Below, one piece after another: positions 16,531-24,894 of a stretch of 64,000 nt of DNA (position 1 is the first letter of the stretch; every line of letters begins with the position of its first letter). The position numbers were made by a program, and so were the translations under genes. The notes under the pieces were generated by a model, which saw only the letters and a list, made by a program, of their open reading frames with translations, did not search any database and was not told the origin of the DNA. The DNA lies in contig JAVBLU010000042.1 in NCBI GenBank assembly GCA_031553225.1, positions 5,578 to 69,577 of the forward strand, given 5' to 3'. The stretch comes from Eubacteriales bacterium (GTDB lineage Bacteria > Bacillota > Clostridia > Christensenellales > UBA1750).

Positions 16531-16836
16531 CTATCGGGGCGGCTTGGGAAGGCCCAGGCGGGCGGCGAACGCCTGGTCCATGTTGCTGACGAACAGCAGC
16601 ACCTGCGCCACCAGCGTATACAGCTCCGGGGGGATGTCGTCCCCGGCGGAAAGCTGCGCGAGCAGATGCGCCAGATCCTGGTCCTCCACCACCGGAACGC
16701 CCGCCTCGCGGGCGGTTTTGAGGATGTTCTGGGCAACGTAGCCGCGGCCCGAGGCAACCAGCTGCGGCACGTCGTCCCGGTCGGGATCGTAGCGCAGCGC
16801 TGCCACTTCCTTGATATGCCGGTCCGCATCCTGCAT
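16531..16836 (-). CDS. Stand-alone FlhB C-terminal (CC) domain homologue (FlhX/YlqH-like)
   Basis: 101 aa. VAALRYDPDRDDVPQLVASGRGYVAQNILKTAREAGVPVVEDQDLAHLL...IPPELYTLVAQVLLFV aligns with the post-NPTH segment of the FlhB encoded in this same window. Confidence 0.85.
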   Translation of the reverse strand: MQDADRHIKEVAALRYDPDRDDVPQLVASGRGYVAQNILKTAREAGVPVVEDQDLAHLLAQLSAGDDIPPELYTLVAQVLLFVSNMDQAFAARLGLPKPPR

Positions 16837-16848
16837 GGCCGCTCCCCC

Positions 16849-18486
16849 TCAGATATAGATGTAGACCTGTCCTTCGGACGCGCCGAACGCCCGGCTGAGC
16901 TCCTCCTCCACCGTAACGGGCGTTACGGGCTGGGCGAGCAGCGCGCAGCGCACGTCGCCCAGGCGGAAACCGCGCTGCAGGAACTGCTCGTGCAGCGACA
17001 GGGCGTGGCCGCGCAGGTGCTCCAGGGCTTCCTGGCTCTGCAGGCGAAAGCGCAGCGACACGCTCTTGCCCTCCACCTGGATCATGCTCTCCACCCGGCC
17101 CATGTACTGGGTGTTCAGCGCCACAAGCATGGTGGCGCGCTCCGGGTCGATGCGCTTGCGGCCCCCGCCGCGCTTCATCACATAAAGCTCCACGGACGTG
17201 TCCCGCCCGTCCTGCTGCATGGGGATCTGCACGTAAGCAAAGCGGGCGAAGCTGTCCGCCACGCGCACCTGCGCCAGGGTTTGCTGGGCGGCGGCCATCA
17301 CGGGGTTGTCGGAGGGCACCCCCATGGCCACAAGCTCGCGCCGCGCAGCCACCAGACCCGGGCGCAGGGCGTCCGCGGCGCGGGGCAGATCGGCCGCGTC
17401 CTGCGCGAACAGCACGCGCAGCTCGCCGGCCAGGGCGCGCAGGCGCTCGGGGCCCTGCAGGTTTGTGCCCAGCATGGTGTCCGGCGGGCGAAGAGCGTCC
17501 GCCACGGTGCGCAGCATGTCCGTCAGGGCGTTCTTCTGCTCCGGCGTCAGGTAGGAGGGCAGGGCGTCCACAAAATCGCCCAGGAAAGGCGCGGCCGCCT
17601 CGTGCGGCATCAGGGACGCCTCGCGTGCGGCCGCGGCCAGCGGGGCGGCCCACTCGGCCGCCGGCAGGGCGCGGGCGGCCAGAGGAAAATGCGTGTGAAT
17701 GAGCCGCGACATGGCCGCGCTCACCTGCGGGCCGGGCATGGGCAGCTCGCGCAAATCGGCCGCCTGGCCCGGCAGGGGGCCGCTCTGCCGGGCGCCGTCC
17801 TGCGCGGGCGCCAGCGTCGCCCCCTGCGCCTCCTGCAACGGCGCGGCCTGCGACGGCGCTTGCGTTTCCAGAGCGCCGCCGCCTGCGGGAACCGCCGCGG
17901 CGCTCTCCAGCGATGCGGCCAGATCGACAATCTGGCCAAGGAGCGCGCTGATCTGCGCGTCCGTCGTCACGCCGGACACCATGCGCCCGAGGGCCATCAG
18001 TTCCTCCTTTGTGGCGGTGAGGCCGTTGGCTGCCATGAACAGCGCGATGCGCGGGGCAAGCGAGGGTTGCTGCTGAAGGATGCGGTAGGCGGCGCCGAGC
18101 ACCTCCGGGTCCACGGGCATGCCGTGCTCCAGCATCAGGTCGGCCAGGGCGCGCGCCTGCTCGTCGCCCGGCAGGCCGCTGCGCTGCACCAGGCTGCGCA
18201 GGGCAACGTCCACAGCGTCCACGTCCGGCAAAAGCCGCAGCACGGCCTGCCCGCCCTCGTTGCCCATCACCTGAAGCGCTACATGCTCGCCTTCGCTAAG
18301 GCGCACCTCGCTCACCACGCGCGCGCGCACAAGCCCGCCGCCCGGCAGGCGAAGCACCACCTGGCCGGCGCTGGACTCGGCCACCTCGCCGCGCACGATG
18401 TTGCCCGCCTGCAGCGCCTCGTTGCGGCGCGAGGCGTCGGCGCGGGTGGTTGCGGTCTGTAGTGCGAGGGGGAGCTGAATACGCAT
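16849..18486 (-). CDS. FliK-like flagellar hook-length control protein (YlqG-like position)
   Basis: 545 aa, Ala/Pro/Gln-rich centre. The C-terminal segment (TMLVALNTQYMGRVESMIQVEGKSVSLRFRLQSQEALEHLRGHALSLHEQFLQRGFRLGDV) matches the FliK C-terminal domain pattern by eye. SD is GGGAGGT. Confidence 0.6.
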   Translation of the reverse strand: MRIQLPLALQTATTRADASRRNEALQAGNIVRGEVAESSAGQVVLRLPGGGLVRARVVSEVRLSEGEHVALQVMGNEGGQAVLRLLPDVDAVDVALRSLVQRSGLPGDEQARALADLMLEHGMPVDPEVLGAAYRILQQQPSLAPRIALFMAANGLTATKEELMALGRMVSGVTTDAQISALLGQIVDLAASLESAAAVPAGGGALETQAPSQAAPLQEAQGATLAPAQDGARQSGPLPGQAADLRELPMPGPQVSAAMSRLIHTHFPLAARALPAAEWAAPLAAAAREASLMPHEAAAPFLGDFVDALPSYLTPEQKNALTDMLRTVADALRPPDTMLGTNLQGPERLRALAGELRVLFAQDAADLPRAADALRPGLVAARRELVAMGVPSDNPVMAAAQQTLAQVRVADSFARFAYVQIPMQQDGRDTSVELYVMKRGGGRKRIDPERATMLVALNTQYMGRVESMIQVEGKSVSLRFRLQSQEALEHLRGHALSLHEQFLQRGFRLGDVRCALLAQPVTPVTVEEELSRAFGASEGQVYIYI

Positions 18487-18753
18487 GCCATACCTCCCGC
18501 TGCCGGGCGTGCCGTATTCGGACGCGTGCGGCGGCGATTATTTCATAAAGGCCTGGCGGACGCCTTGCGCGCGCCTTCATACATATTATCGAAAAGTTTT
18601 CCGCTTTTTCTCGCGCGGAAGCAAGACTTTTCGCTTCATGCACTTGTATTTCCCCTTGAATTATCCTAGGATATGTTCGATACATTGTATTGGCACGGGG
18701 CTGGCTTTTGCCGCCGATACGAGCCTATGTTTATAAAAAGAGGGGGGAGCCTC

Positions 18754-19383
18754 TTGTCGGACGGCGCAGGGTCCGTAGGCAAACTCAACGTCTCCAACCT
18801 GGACATCTTCTGCGAAATCGGCAACATCGGGGCGGGCAACGCCGCCACCTCCCTGGCGGAGATGCTGGGCAGGCGCGTGGACATGGGCGTGCCGGTGGCC
18901 TCGCTTGTTAAGTTTGACGACGTGACGAACATTCTGGGCGGCCCGGAGAACCTGGTGGCCGGCGTGATGATCTCCATGTCGGGCGATTTGCGCGGCTACA
19001 TCCTGCTTGTGCTGGACGAAACGGACGCCGCGCGGCTTCTGGGCCTTTTGATGGGCACCGCGCCCACCGAGGGGATGCTCTCCCTCACCGAGTTGGACAT
19101 CTCCACCCTCACCGAAGTAGCCAACATTCTGGTGGGTTCCTATCTCTCCGCCATCGGCCAGATGACCGGACTGACGATCGTCCCGTCCGTGCCCGATCTT
19201 GCCATGGACATGGCCGGCGCCATCATGAGCGTGCCGGTGATCGAGTACGGCAAGGCGGGCGACGAAGTGCTTCTGCTGGAGACGGCCTTCTACAACAACG
19301 ACGAGACCATCGCCGGCCACTTCTTCATCGTTCCGGATTTGGAGTCCTACGCGACGATGCTCAAGTCGCTGGGTGTTGAGTAG
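18754..19383 (+). CDS. cheC: CheY-P phosphatase CheC
   Basis: The duplicated CheC motif is present (EIGNIGAGNAATSLAEML and EVANILVGSYLSAIGQM). The start is likely the TTG at 18754 (AGAGGGGGG 6 nt upstream); an alternative ATG lies at 18727. Confidence 0.9.
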   Translation: MSDGAGSVGKLNVSNLDIFCEIGNIGAGNAATSLAEMLGRRVDMGVPVASLVKFDDVTNILGGPENLVAGVMISMSGDLRGYILLVLDETDAARLLGLLMGTAPTEGMLSLTELDISTLTEVANILVGSYLSAIGQMTGLTIVPSVPDLAMDMAGAIMSVPVIEYGKAGDEVLLLETAFYNNDETIAGHFFIVPDLESYATMLKSLGVE

Positions 19384-19872
19384 ATGAGCGGCACGATCAT
19401 TGTCGGCATGGCCGACATGAAGACGGGGCGGGGCGGCGACATACTGACCACGCTTGGGCTTGGCAGCTGCGTCGGCATCACGCTGTTCGACCAGCTGAGC
19501 GGCATCGGCGGTATGGTGCACGTGATGCTGCCCGATTCCAAAGCTTTCCGCGCCGAGACCGCCATGCCCGCCAAGTTTGCCGACACGGGCATCGCCCTTT
19601 TGCGCGACAGCATCCTGCGCATGGGCGCGCGCCAGGGCAACCTTGTGGCCAAGATTGCCGGCGGGGCGAACATGTTTACGCAGACCTCCGGGTCGGACGT
19701 TCTGCGCATCGGCGCGCGCAACGCGCAAAGCGCCCGCGACGTTCTGCGGGGCCTTAGCATAGGCATCGTGTCCGACGACACGGGGGGCACTTACGGGCGT
19801 ACAATCTCCCTGTCCACCGCAGATGGGCGCCTGCTCGTCAAGACGATTGGACACGGCGAGCGGTATATCTAA
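19384..19872 (+). CDS. cheD: Chemoreceptor glutamine deamidase CheD
   Basis: LTTLGLGSCVGITLFDQLSGIGGMVHVMLPDS... The ATG abuts the cheC stop. Confidence 0.93.
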   Translation: MSGTIIVGMADMKTGRGGDILTTLGLGSCVGITLFDQLSGIGGMVHVMLPDSKAFRAETAMPAKFADTGIALLRDSILRMGARQGNLVAKIAGGANMFTQTSGSDVLRIGARNAQSARDVLRGLSIGIVSDDTGGTYGRTISLSTADGRLLVKTIGHGERYI

Positions 19873-19930
19873 GCCGGGCCAGAGGACTACCATTTCATAC
19901 CTGTGTACTGCTAAGGAGGGCTTAACCAGC

Positions 19931-20284
19931 ATGCGGAAAGTGCTAGTCGTAGACGATGCGGCGTTCATGCGCGTCTCCATCAAGAACTCGCTCACCAAGA
20001 ACGGCTTTGAGGTTGTGGGCGAGGCGGAGAACGGGCAGGTGGCCGTGGCGCGCTATCAGGAGCTGCATCCCGACATTGTCACCATGGACATCACCATGCC
20101 CGTGATGGACGGTTTGGCCGCCCTGAAAGAAATAAAAAAGATCGACCCGAAGGCCGTCATCGTCATGATCTCGGCCATGGGCCAGGAGTCCATGGTGCGC
20201 GAGGCCGTCATGTCCGGCGCCAAGGGCTTTATCGTAAAGCCGTTTAAAGAGGACGCGCTCATCGGCGCCCTGTCCAAGTTCTAA
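19931..20284 (+). CDS. cheY: Chemotaxis response regulator CheY
   Basis: MRKVLVVDDAAFMR...DIVTMDITMPVMDG...ISAMGQ...FIVKPF shows the full set of receiver residues. SD is TAAGGAGGG. The track ORF start at 19823 was trimmed. Confidence 0.95.
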   Translation: MRKVLVVDDAAFMRVSIKNSLTKNGFEVVGEAENGQVAVARYQELHPDIVTMDITMPVMDGLAALKEIKKIDPKAVIVMISAMGQESMVREAVMSGAKGFIVKPFKEDALIGALSKF

Positions 20285-20419
20285 GCACGTTTCACGCTCT
20301 TCCCTTTTATGTGCGCATGCGCAAAGCGCGCGCCGGTTTGCGGCGCATGCGCCTTGCGGGCGTACCGTCGCAAGCACATCCCCCGCCCACACATCGGCGT
20401 CAAAAAGGACGGTGTTCCT

Positions 20420-22486
20420 ATGTCTATGGTCGATCCATTGCTGGACGTATATATGTTTGAAAACACCCAGCTGCTCGAGCAGCTGGAGGAAATTCTGCTG
20501 ACTGCGGAAAAGAATACGTCCATGTCGGCGGATCAAATCGCCGAGATCTTCCGCATCATGCACACGATCAAGGGATCGTCGGCCATGATGCAGTTCGACG
20601 TGGTGGCGCATTTGGCGCACGCGGTGGAGGATTTGTTCTCCTTCATGCGCGAGCGCACGCCCCGCGCGGGCGATTGGTCGCGCATCTTCGACATCGTGCT
20701 CACGGCCGCCGATTTCCTGAAGTCCGAGATGGCCAAGATCGCGCAGGGCCTGCCGTGCGACGGCGATTCCGAGCAGCTTCGGGCGACCATCGCCGACTAC
20801 GTCTCCCAGCTGAAAAACCGCAAGGCGGAGGGCCCCGAGCACCACGAAACCGTGCCGGAGGGCACGGCGGACATGGAGCTGGAGATGGACGCCCGCTACT
20901 ACCGCGCGCTTGTGCACTTTGAAAACGAGTGCAAGATGGAGAACGTGCGGGCGTTTGGCATCGTGTCCGCGGTGACCGAGCTGTGCTCGCGCCTGGCCCA
21001 CGTGCCCGACGACATTCTGGCCATCGACGCGGACGAGCACATCGTGGAAAACGGGTTCCTCCTGTTCATGCGCTCGGATGCCGATCCGGCCGTGCTGAAG
21101 GGCAAGATCGCCGAGGCGCTGTTTTTAAAGGATCTGACCTTCGACGAGGTACCGGCAAGCAGCCCGGAGCTTCCATCTGCGCTGCGCGTGGTCGCCCCCG
21201 AGGAAAAGCCCGCCGCCGCCGATGAAAAGCCCGCCCCCGGCGCTCCGGCATCCGCCGCAAGCGCCCCCGCGCCCGGCGCGCCCGCCCCGGTCCCCGCCGC
21301 CGCGCCCGCGGGCGAGGTAAAGCAGAACATGATCTCGGTGAACATCAACAAGCTGGACAAGCTGATGGGCCTGGTGGGGGAAATCGTCACCACCGAGTCG
21401 ATGGTCACCAAGAACCCCGATATTGTGAACATGCGCCTGGACAACTTCACCAAGGCCGCGCGCGAGCTGCGCAAGCTGACCGACGAGCTGCAGGAAGTGG
21501 TCATGTCCATCCGCATGGTGCCCATCTCCTCCACCTTCCATAAAATGACGCGCATCGTGCGCGACATGTGCAAGAAGGTGAACAAGGAGGCCGAGCTGGT
21601 CATTTTGGGTGAGGAGACCGAGGTGGACAAGAACATCATCGACAATCTCTCCGACCCGCTCATGCACATCATCCGCAACTCCATGGACCACGGCCTGGAG
21701 TCCGGCGAGGAGCGGCTGGCCAAGGGCAAGCCCGCGCAGGGCAAGATCGTGCTGGAGGCCCGCAACACGGGCGGCGACGTCATCATCGTCGTGTCCGACG
21801 ACGGCCGGGGCCTCAACCGCGAGAAGATCGTAAAAAAAGCCATCGAGAAAGGCCTCACCACCAAGACCGACGCGGAGCTTACCGACAAGGAAGCCTACGC
21901 CTTCATCATGTACCCCGGCTTCTCCACCAAGGAACAGGTAAGCGAATTCTCCGGGCGCGGCGTGGGCATGGACGTGGTGCGCAAGAACATCGAAAAGGTC
22001 GGCGGCACGATGACCCTGGAGTCCGTTCCGGACAAGGGCACGACCGTCACCATCAAGATCCCGCTCACGCTGGCCATCATGGAAGGCATGCAGATCAACG
22101 TGGGCGAGAACGTGTATATCGTGCCCGTGCTCACCATCCAGCAAAGCGTCAAGCCCTCCCAGGAGGATCTGGTGATCGACCCCAACGGCAACGAGCTCAT
22201 CATCATTCACGGCGAGAGTTACCCCATCGTCCGCCTGTCCGAGCGTTTCGGCGTAAGCAGCGCCGTCACCGAGCTGACGGAGGGCATCCTGATGCGCGTG
22301 GAGACGGACAACAAAACCGCCTGCCTGTTCGCCGACGAGCTGATCGGCGAGGTGCAGGCCGTGGTACAGCCCCTTCCGCCCTACATTGCCAAACAGATGA
22401 GCGATACCAAGGGCCTGGCCGGATGCACGCTGATGGGCGACGGCACCATATCGCTCATCCTCAACATCAATGGGCTGCTTGCTTAA
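20420..22486 (+). CDS. cheA: Chemotaxis histidine kinase CheA
   Basis: HPt box (IFRIMHTIKGSSAMM), a P2-like segment, a Pro/Ala linker, a dimerisation region, HATPase motifs (HIIRNSMDHGLE, DDGRGLN, GRGVGMDVV) and a CheW-like P5 domain. The start was trimmed to MSMVDPLLDVYMFE. Confidence 0.96.
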   Translation: MSMVDPLLDVYMFENTQLLEQLEEILLTAEKNTSMSADQIAEIFRIMHTIKGSSAMMQFDVVAHLAHAVEDLFSFMRERTPRAGDWSRIFDIVLTAADFLKSEMAKIAQGLPCDGDSEQLRATIADYVSQLKNRKAEGPEHHETVPEGTADMELEMDARYYRALVHFENECKMENVRAFGIVSAVTELCSRLAHVPDDILAIDADEHIVENGFLLFMRSDADPAVLKGKIAEALFLKDLTFDEVPASSPELPSALRVVAPEEKPAAADEKPAPGAPASAASAPAPGAPAPVPAAAPAGEVKQNMISVNINKLDKLMGLVGEIVTTESMVTKNPDIVNMRLDNFTKAARELRKLTDELQEVVMSIRMVPISSTFHKMTRIVRDMCKKVNKEAELVILGEETEVDKNIIDNLSDPLMHIIRNSMDHGLESGEERLAKGKPAQGKIVLEARNTGGDVIIVVSDDGRGLNREKIVKKAIEKGLTTKTDAELTDKEAYAFIMYPGFSTKEQVSEFSGRGVGMDVVRKNIEKVGGTMTLESVPDKGTTVTIKIPLTLAIMEGMQINVGENVYIVPVLTIQQSVKPSQEDLVIDPNGNELIIIHGESYPIVRLSERFGVSSAVTELTEGILMRVETDNKTACLFADELIGEVQAVVQPLPPYIAKQMSDTKGLAGCTLMGDGTISLILNINGLLA

Positions 22487-22505
22487 CCATTTCTGACCAA
22501 CAGGG

Positions 22506-23732
22506 ATGATGCCCGTGACAATCTGCGTCGCACGACAACCGATCTTTGACAGGTCTTTGCACGTATTTGGGTACGAGCTTTTGTACCGCGCCTCGGAGGA
22601 GCAGAACTACTTCACGGACGCCCTGCCGGACGAGGCTTCCTCGCGCGTGGTGATGGACAGCTTTCACGGCATTGGCATCAACAAGATGGTGGGCCGCAGC
22701 CGGGCGTTCATCAACTTTACCGGCCACATGCTGGAGAGCGAGGTCGCCACGCTGTTTCCGCCCAAACGCCTTGTGGTGGAAATACTGGAGAGCGTGGCCC
22801 CAAGCGACGCCGTGGTGGAGAAGTGCCAGTCCCTCAAGGCCCGCGGCTATCAGCTGGCGCTGGACGATTTTGTGTTTACCGAGCAATACCTGCCGCTGGT
22901 GCAGCTGTGCGATATCATCAAGATTGACTTTCGCTCGACCAGCCGCGAGGACATCGCCGGATACATTCGCCGCTTCAAGCGGCACGGGCTGCGCTTCCTG
23001 GCGGAAAAGATCGAGACGCGCGAGGAGTTTGACGAGGCGGTCGCCCTGGGCTTTAAGTACTTTCAGGGGTACTTCCTCTCCCGGCCGGTCATCCTGCGCG
23101 GGGAAAAGCTGCGGCCGCTTAACTCCAACTATGTGCGGCTTCTGCAGATCGTCAACCGCCAGGAGTACTCGCTGCGCGAGGTGGCGGACATCATCGAGCA
23201 GGATCTGTCCATGTCCTACGACATCCTGCGTATGGTCAACTCCGTGGCCATGGGGTTCATCATCAAAATACAAAGCGTGCGGCACGCCGTGGTGGCCATG
23301 GGCATGAACGAGTGCCGCAAGTGGGTATCGCTGGTGGCCATGGCGGGCATCAACAAGGATCAGCCCACCGAGCTTTTGCACCTCTCCCTCATCCGCGCGC
23401 GCTTCGCGCAAAACCTTGGCCGCCTTACCCGCGCTGCCGACCAGGACCTGCTGTTTATGATGGGGCTGTTCTCCACGATGGACGTGATCACAGGCAACAC
23501 GTTTGCGGCCATCTTCCGCGCCATTCCCGCCGCGCCGGACGTGGTGAGCGCCTTAACGCAGCAAACCGGCCCACTGGCCCCTTACCTGGCCCTCATCTTC
23601 GCGCAGGAGCGCGGCCAGTGGGAGGAGGCCGCCCGCCTGGGCGCGGGGCTGTCCATCCCGCAGGTCTCCGTTACAAACGCTTACCTGGACGCCCTGTCCT
23701 GGTGCATCGGCATCTTTGAGGGCACGGCCTGA
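22506..23732 (+). CDS. EAL + HDOD domain protein (YuxH/PdeH-like c-di-GMP phosphodiesterase)
   Basis: EAL-domain residues: QPIF...YELLYR, INFT, VVEILES, LALDDF, IIKIDF, LAEKIET, FQGYF. The C-terminal HDOD-like segment reads LLQIVNRQEYSLREVADIIEQDLSMSYDILRMVNS. Confidence 0.85.
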   Translation: MMPVTICVARQPIFDRSLHVFGYELLYRASEEQNYFTDALPDEASSRVVMDSFHGIGINKMVGRSRAFINFTGHMLESEVATLFPPKRLVVEILESVAPSDAVVEKCQSLKARGYQLALDDFVFTEQYLPLVQLCDIIKIDFRSTSREDIAGYIRRFKRHGLRFLAEKIETREEFDEAVALGFKYFQGYFLSRPVILRGEKLRPLNSNYVRLLQIVNRQEYSLREVADIIEQDLSMSYDILRMVNSVAMGFIIKIQSVRHAVVAMGMNECRKWVSLVAMAGINKDQPTELLHLSLIRARFAQNLGRLTRAADQDLLFMMGLFSTMDVITGNTFAAIFRAIPAAPDVVSALTQQTGPLAPYLALIFAQERGQWEEAARLGAGLSIPQVSVTNAYLDALSWCIGIFEGTA

Positions 23733-23773
23733 CGCCTTGCGACACTTTCACTCTTACGGGGAGGGCTCAAACG

Positions 23774-24694
23774 ATGAGCACGAAAACAGACATTCTGCTG
23801 GAGGCCGGCACCAACGAGCTTGAGGTGCTGGAGTTCACCGTGGCCGGGAACAGCTTTGGCATCAACGTGGCCAAGGTGAGCGACCTTCTGCGCTATGACA
23901 AAATTCAGCTCATGCCGCGCGCCCACCCGTGCGTGGAGGGCATCTTTCAGCCGCGCGAGCGGGTGTACACGGTGATCGACCTGGCGGGGTACCTGGGCCT
24001 TGGCCCCTCCGCCGACCCCGCGCACGATATCCTCATCATCGCCTCTTTCAACCAGATCGAGGTGGCCTTCCACGTGCACTCCGTGGAGAGCATCCACCGC
24101 ATCTCCTGGTCGGCCATCGAAAAGCCCAGCGAGACGATCTACGGCGGCAACGACGGCATCGTTACGGGCATCGCCCGCGTGCGCGCCGACAAGACCGTGC
24201 TGATCATCGATTTTGAAAAGATCATCTTCGACATCGCGCCCCGCACGGGCCTGAAGATGGACGAGATTGAGAAACTGGGCGCGCGCGTGCCCAGCGAAAC
24301 GCCCCTGCTGATCGCCGAGGACTCGGTGCTGCTGCGCCGCATGCTCTCCGACGCGCTCACCAAGGCGGGCTACACGAACCTGACGATCTGCGACAACGGC
24401 CAGGAGGCCTGGGACGCCATCCTTCGCTACAAATCGACGGGGATGCCCGTCGCTTCGCAGCTGGGCGCGGTCATCACGGACATCGAGATGCCCCAGATGG
24501 ACGGCCTGCATCTGACCAAGCTCATTCGCACGGATCCGTACACCGCGCTCGTCCCGGTCATCGTGTTCTCCTCGCTCATCGACGAGGCCATGCAGCTCAA
24601 ATGCATTCAGGTGGGCGCAACAGCCCAGCTCTCCAAGCCGGAGATCGGGAACCTGGTGAGCCTGATCGACAAAGCCGTGAACAACCGCATGTAG
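23774..24694 (+). CDS. cheV: CheW-like plus receiver fusion protein CheV
   Basis: N-terminal CheW domain (LEVLEFTVAGNSFGINVAKVSDLL...VEGIFQPRERVYTVIDL). C-terminal receiver (LLIAEDSVLLR...VITDIEMPQMDG...SKP). Confidence 0.92.
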   Translation: MSTKTDILLEAGTNELEVLEFTVAGNSFGINVAKVSDLLRYDKIQLMPRAHPCVEGIFQPRERVYTVIDLAGYLGLGPSADPAHDILIIASFNQIEVAFHVHSVESIHRISWSAIEKPSETIYGGNDGIVTGIARVRADKTVLIIDFEKIIFDIAPRTGLKMDEIEKLGARVPSETPLLIAEDSVLLRRMLSDALTKAGYTNLTICDNGQEAWDAILRYKSTGMPVASQLGAVITDIEMPQMDGLHLTKLIRTDPYTALVPVIVFSSLIDEAMQLKCIQVGATAQLSKPEIGNLVSLIDKAVNNRM

Positions 24695-24760
24695 TTTGTG
24701 CCGAAGGCCCCTGCAGCCGCCCGAGCGCTCGGCACCCTCAAGGCCCCTCCCGTCCGCGCT

Positions 24761-24797
24761 GCGCCGCCGGCCCAAAAAGGCCGGGGGCGCTTTTTTG
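24761..24797 (+). terminator. Rho-independent terminator after cheV
   Basis: GCGCCGCCGGCC-caaaaa-GGCCGGGGGCGC (11 of 12 bp) followed by TTTTTT. Confidence 0.75.
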
Positions 24798-24811
24798 TGC
24801 GTTTTGCGCGC

Positions 24812-24840
24812 ATGACAGGCCTTGGGGCGTATGGTACAAT
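24812..24840 (+). promoter_or_regulatory. Candidate sigma-A promoter for the fucosidase gene
   Basis: ATGACA-17 nt-TACAAT with an extended TG (TGgTACAAT). Confidence 0.45.
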
Positions 24841-24894
24841 GATGGCCTGGACATCTCCTCCGCCATGCGTATACGAAAGGGGCCGTGAGAGCAA

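Noticed and set aside
16517-17653. N-terminal approx. 380 aa of the 760-aa track ORF 15371..17653
   Set aside because: This part overlaps the FlhB-C-like and FliK-like genes in other frames and is an Arg/Gly/Pro/Ala-rich run. Only the portion from the J-domain onward looks like real protein.
14324-18462. Two plus-strand ORFs of 698 aa and 598 aa (14324..16420 and 16666..18462)
   Set aside because: They are antisense to fliD, the J-domain gene and the FliK-like gene. Both are low-complexity G/A/R/H/L-rich translations.
18661-21040. Minus-strand ORFs of 445 aa and 365 aa antisense to cheC, cheD, cheY and cheA
   Set aside because: The plus-strand che genes are unambiguous. The antisense translations are H/G/R/A-rich with no motifs.
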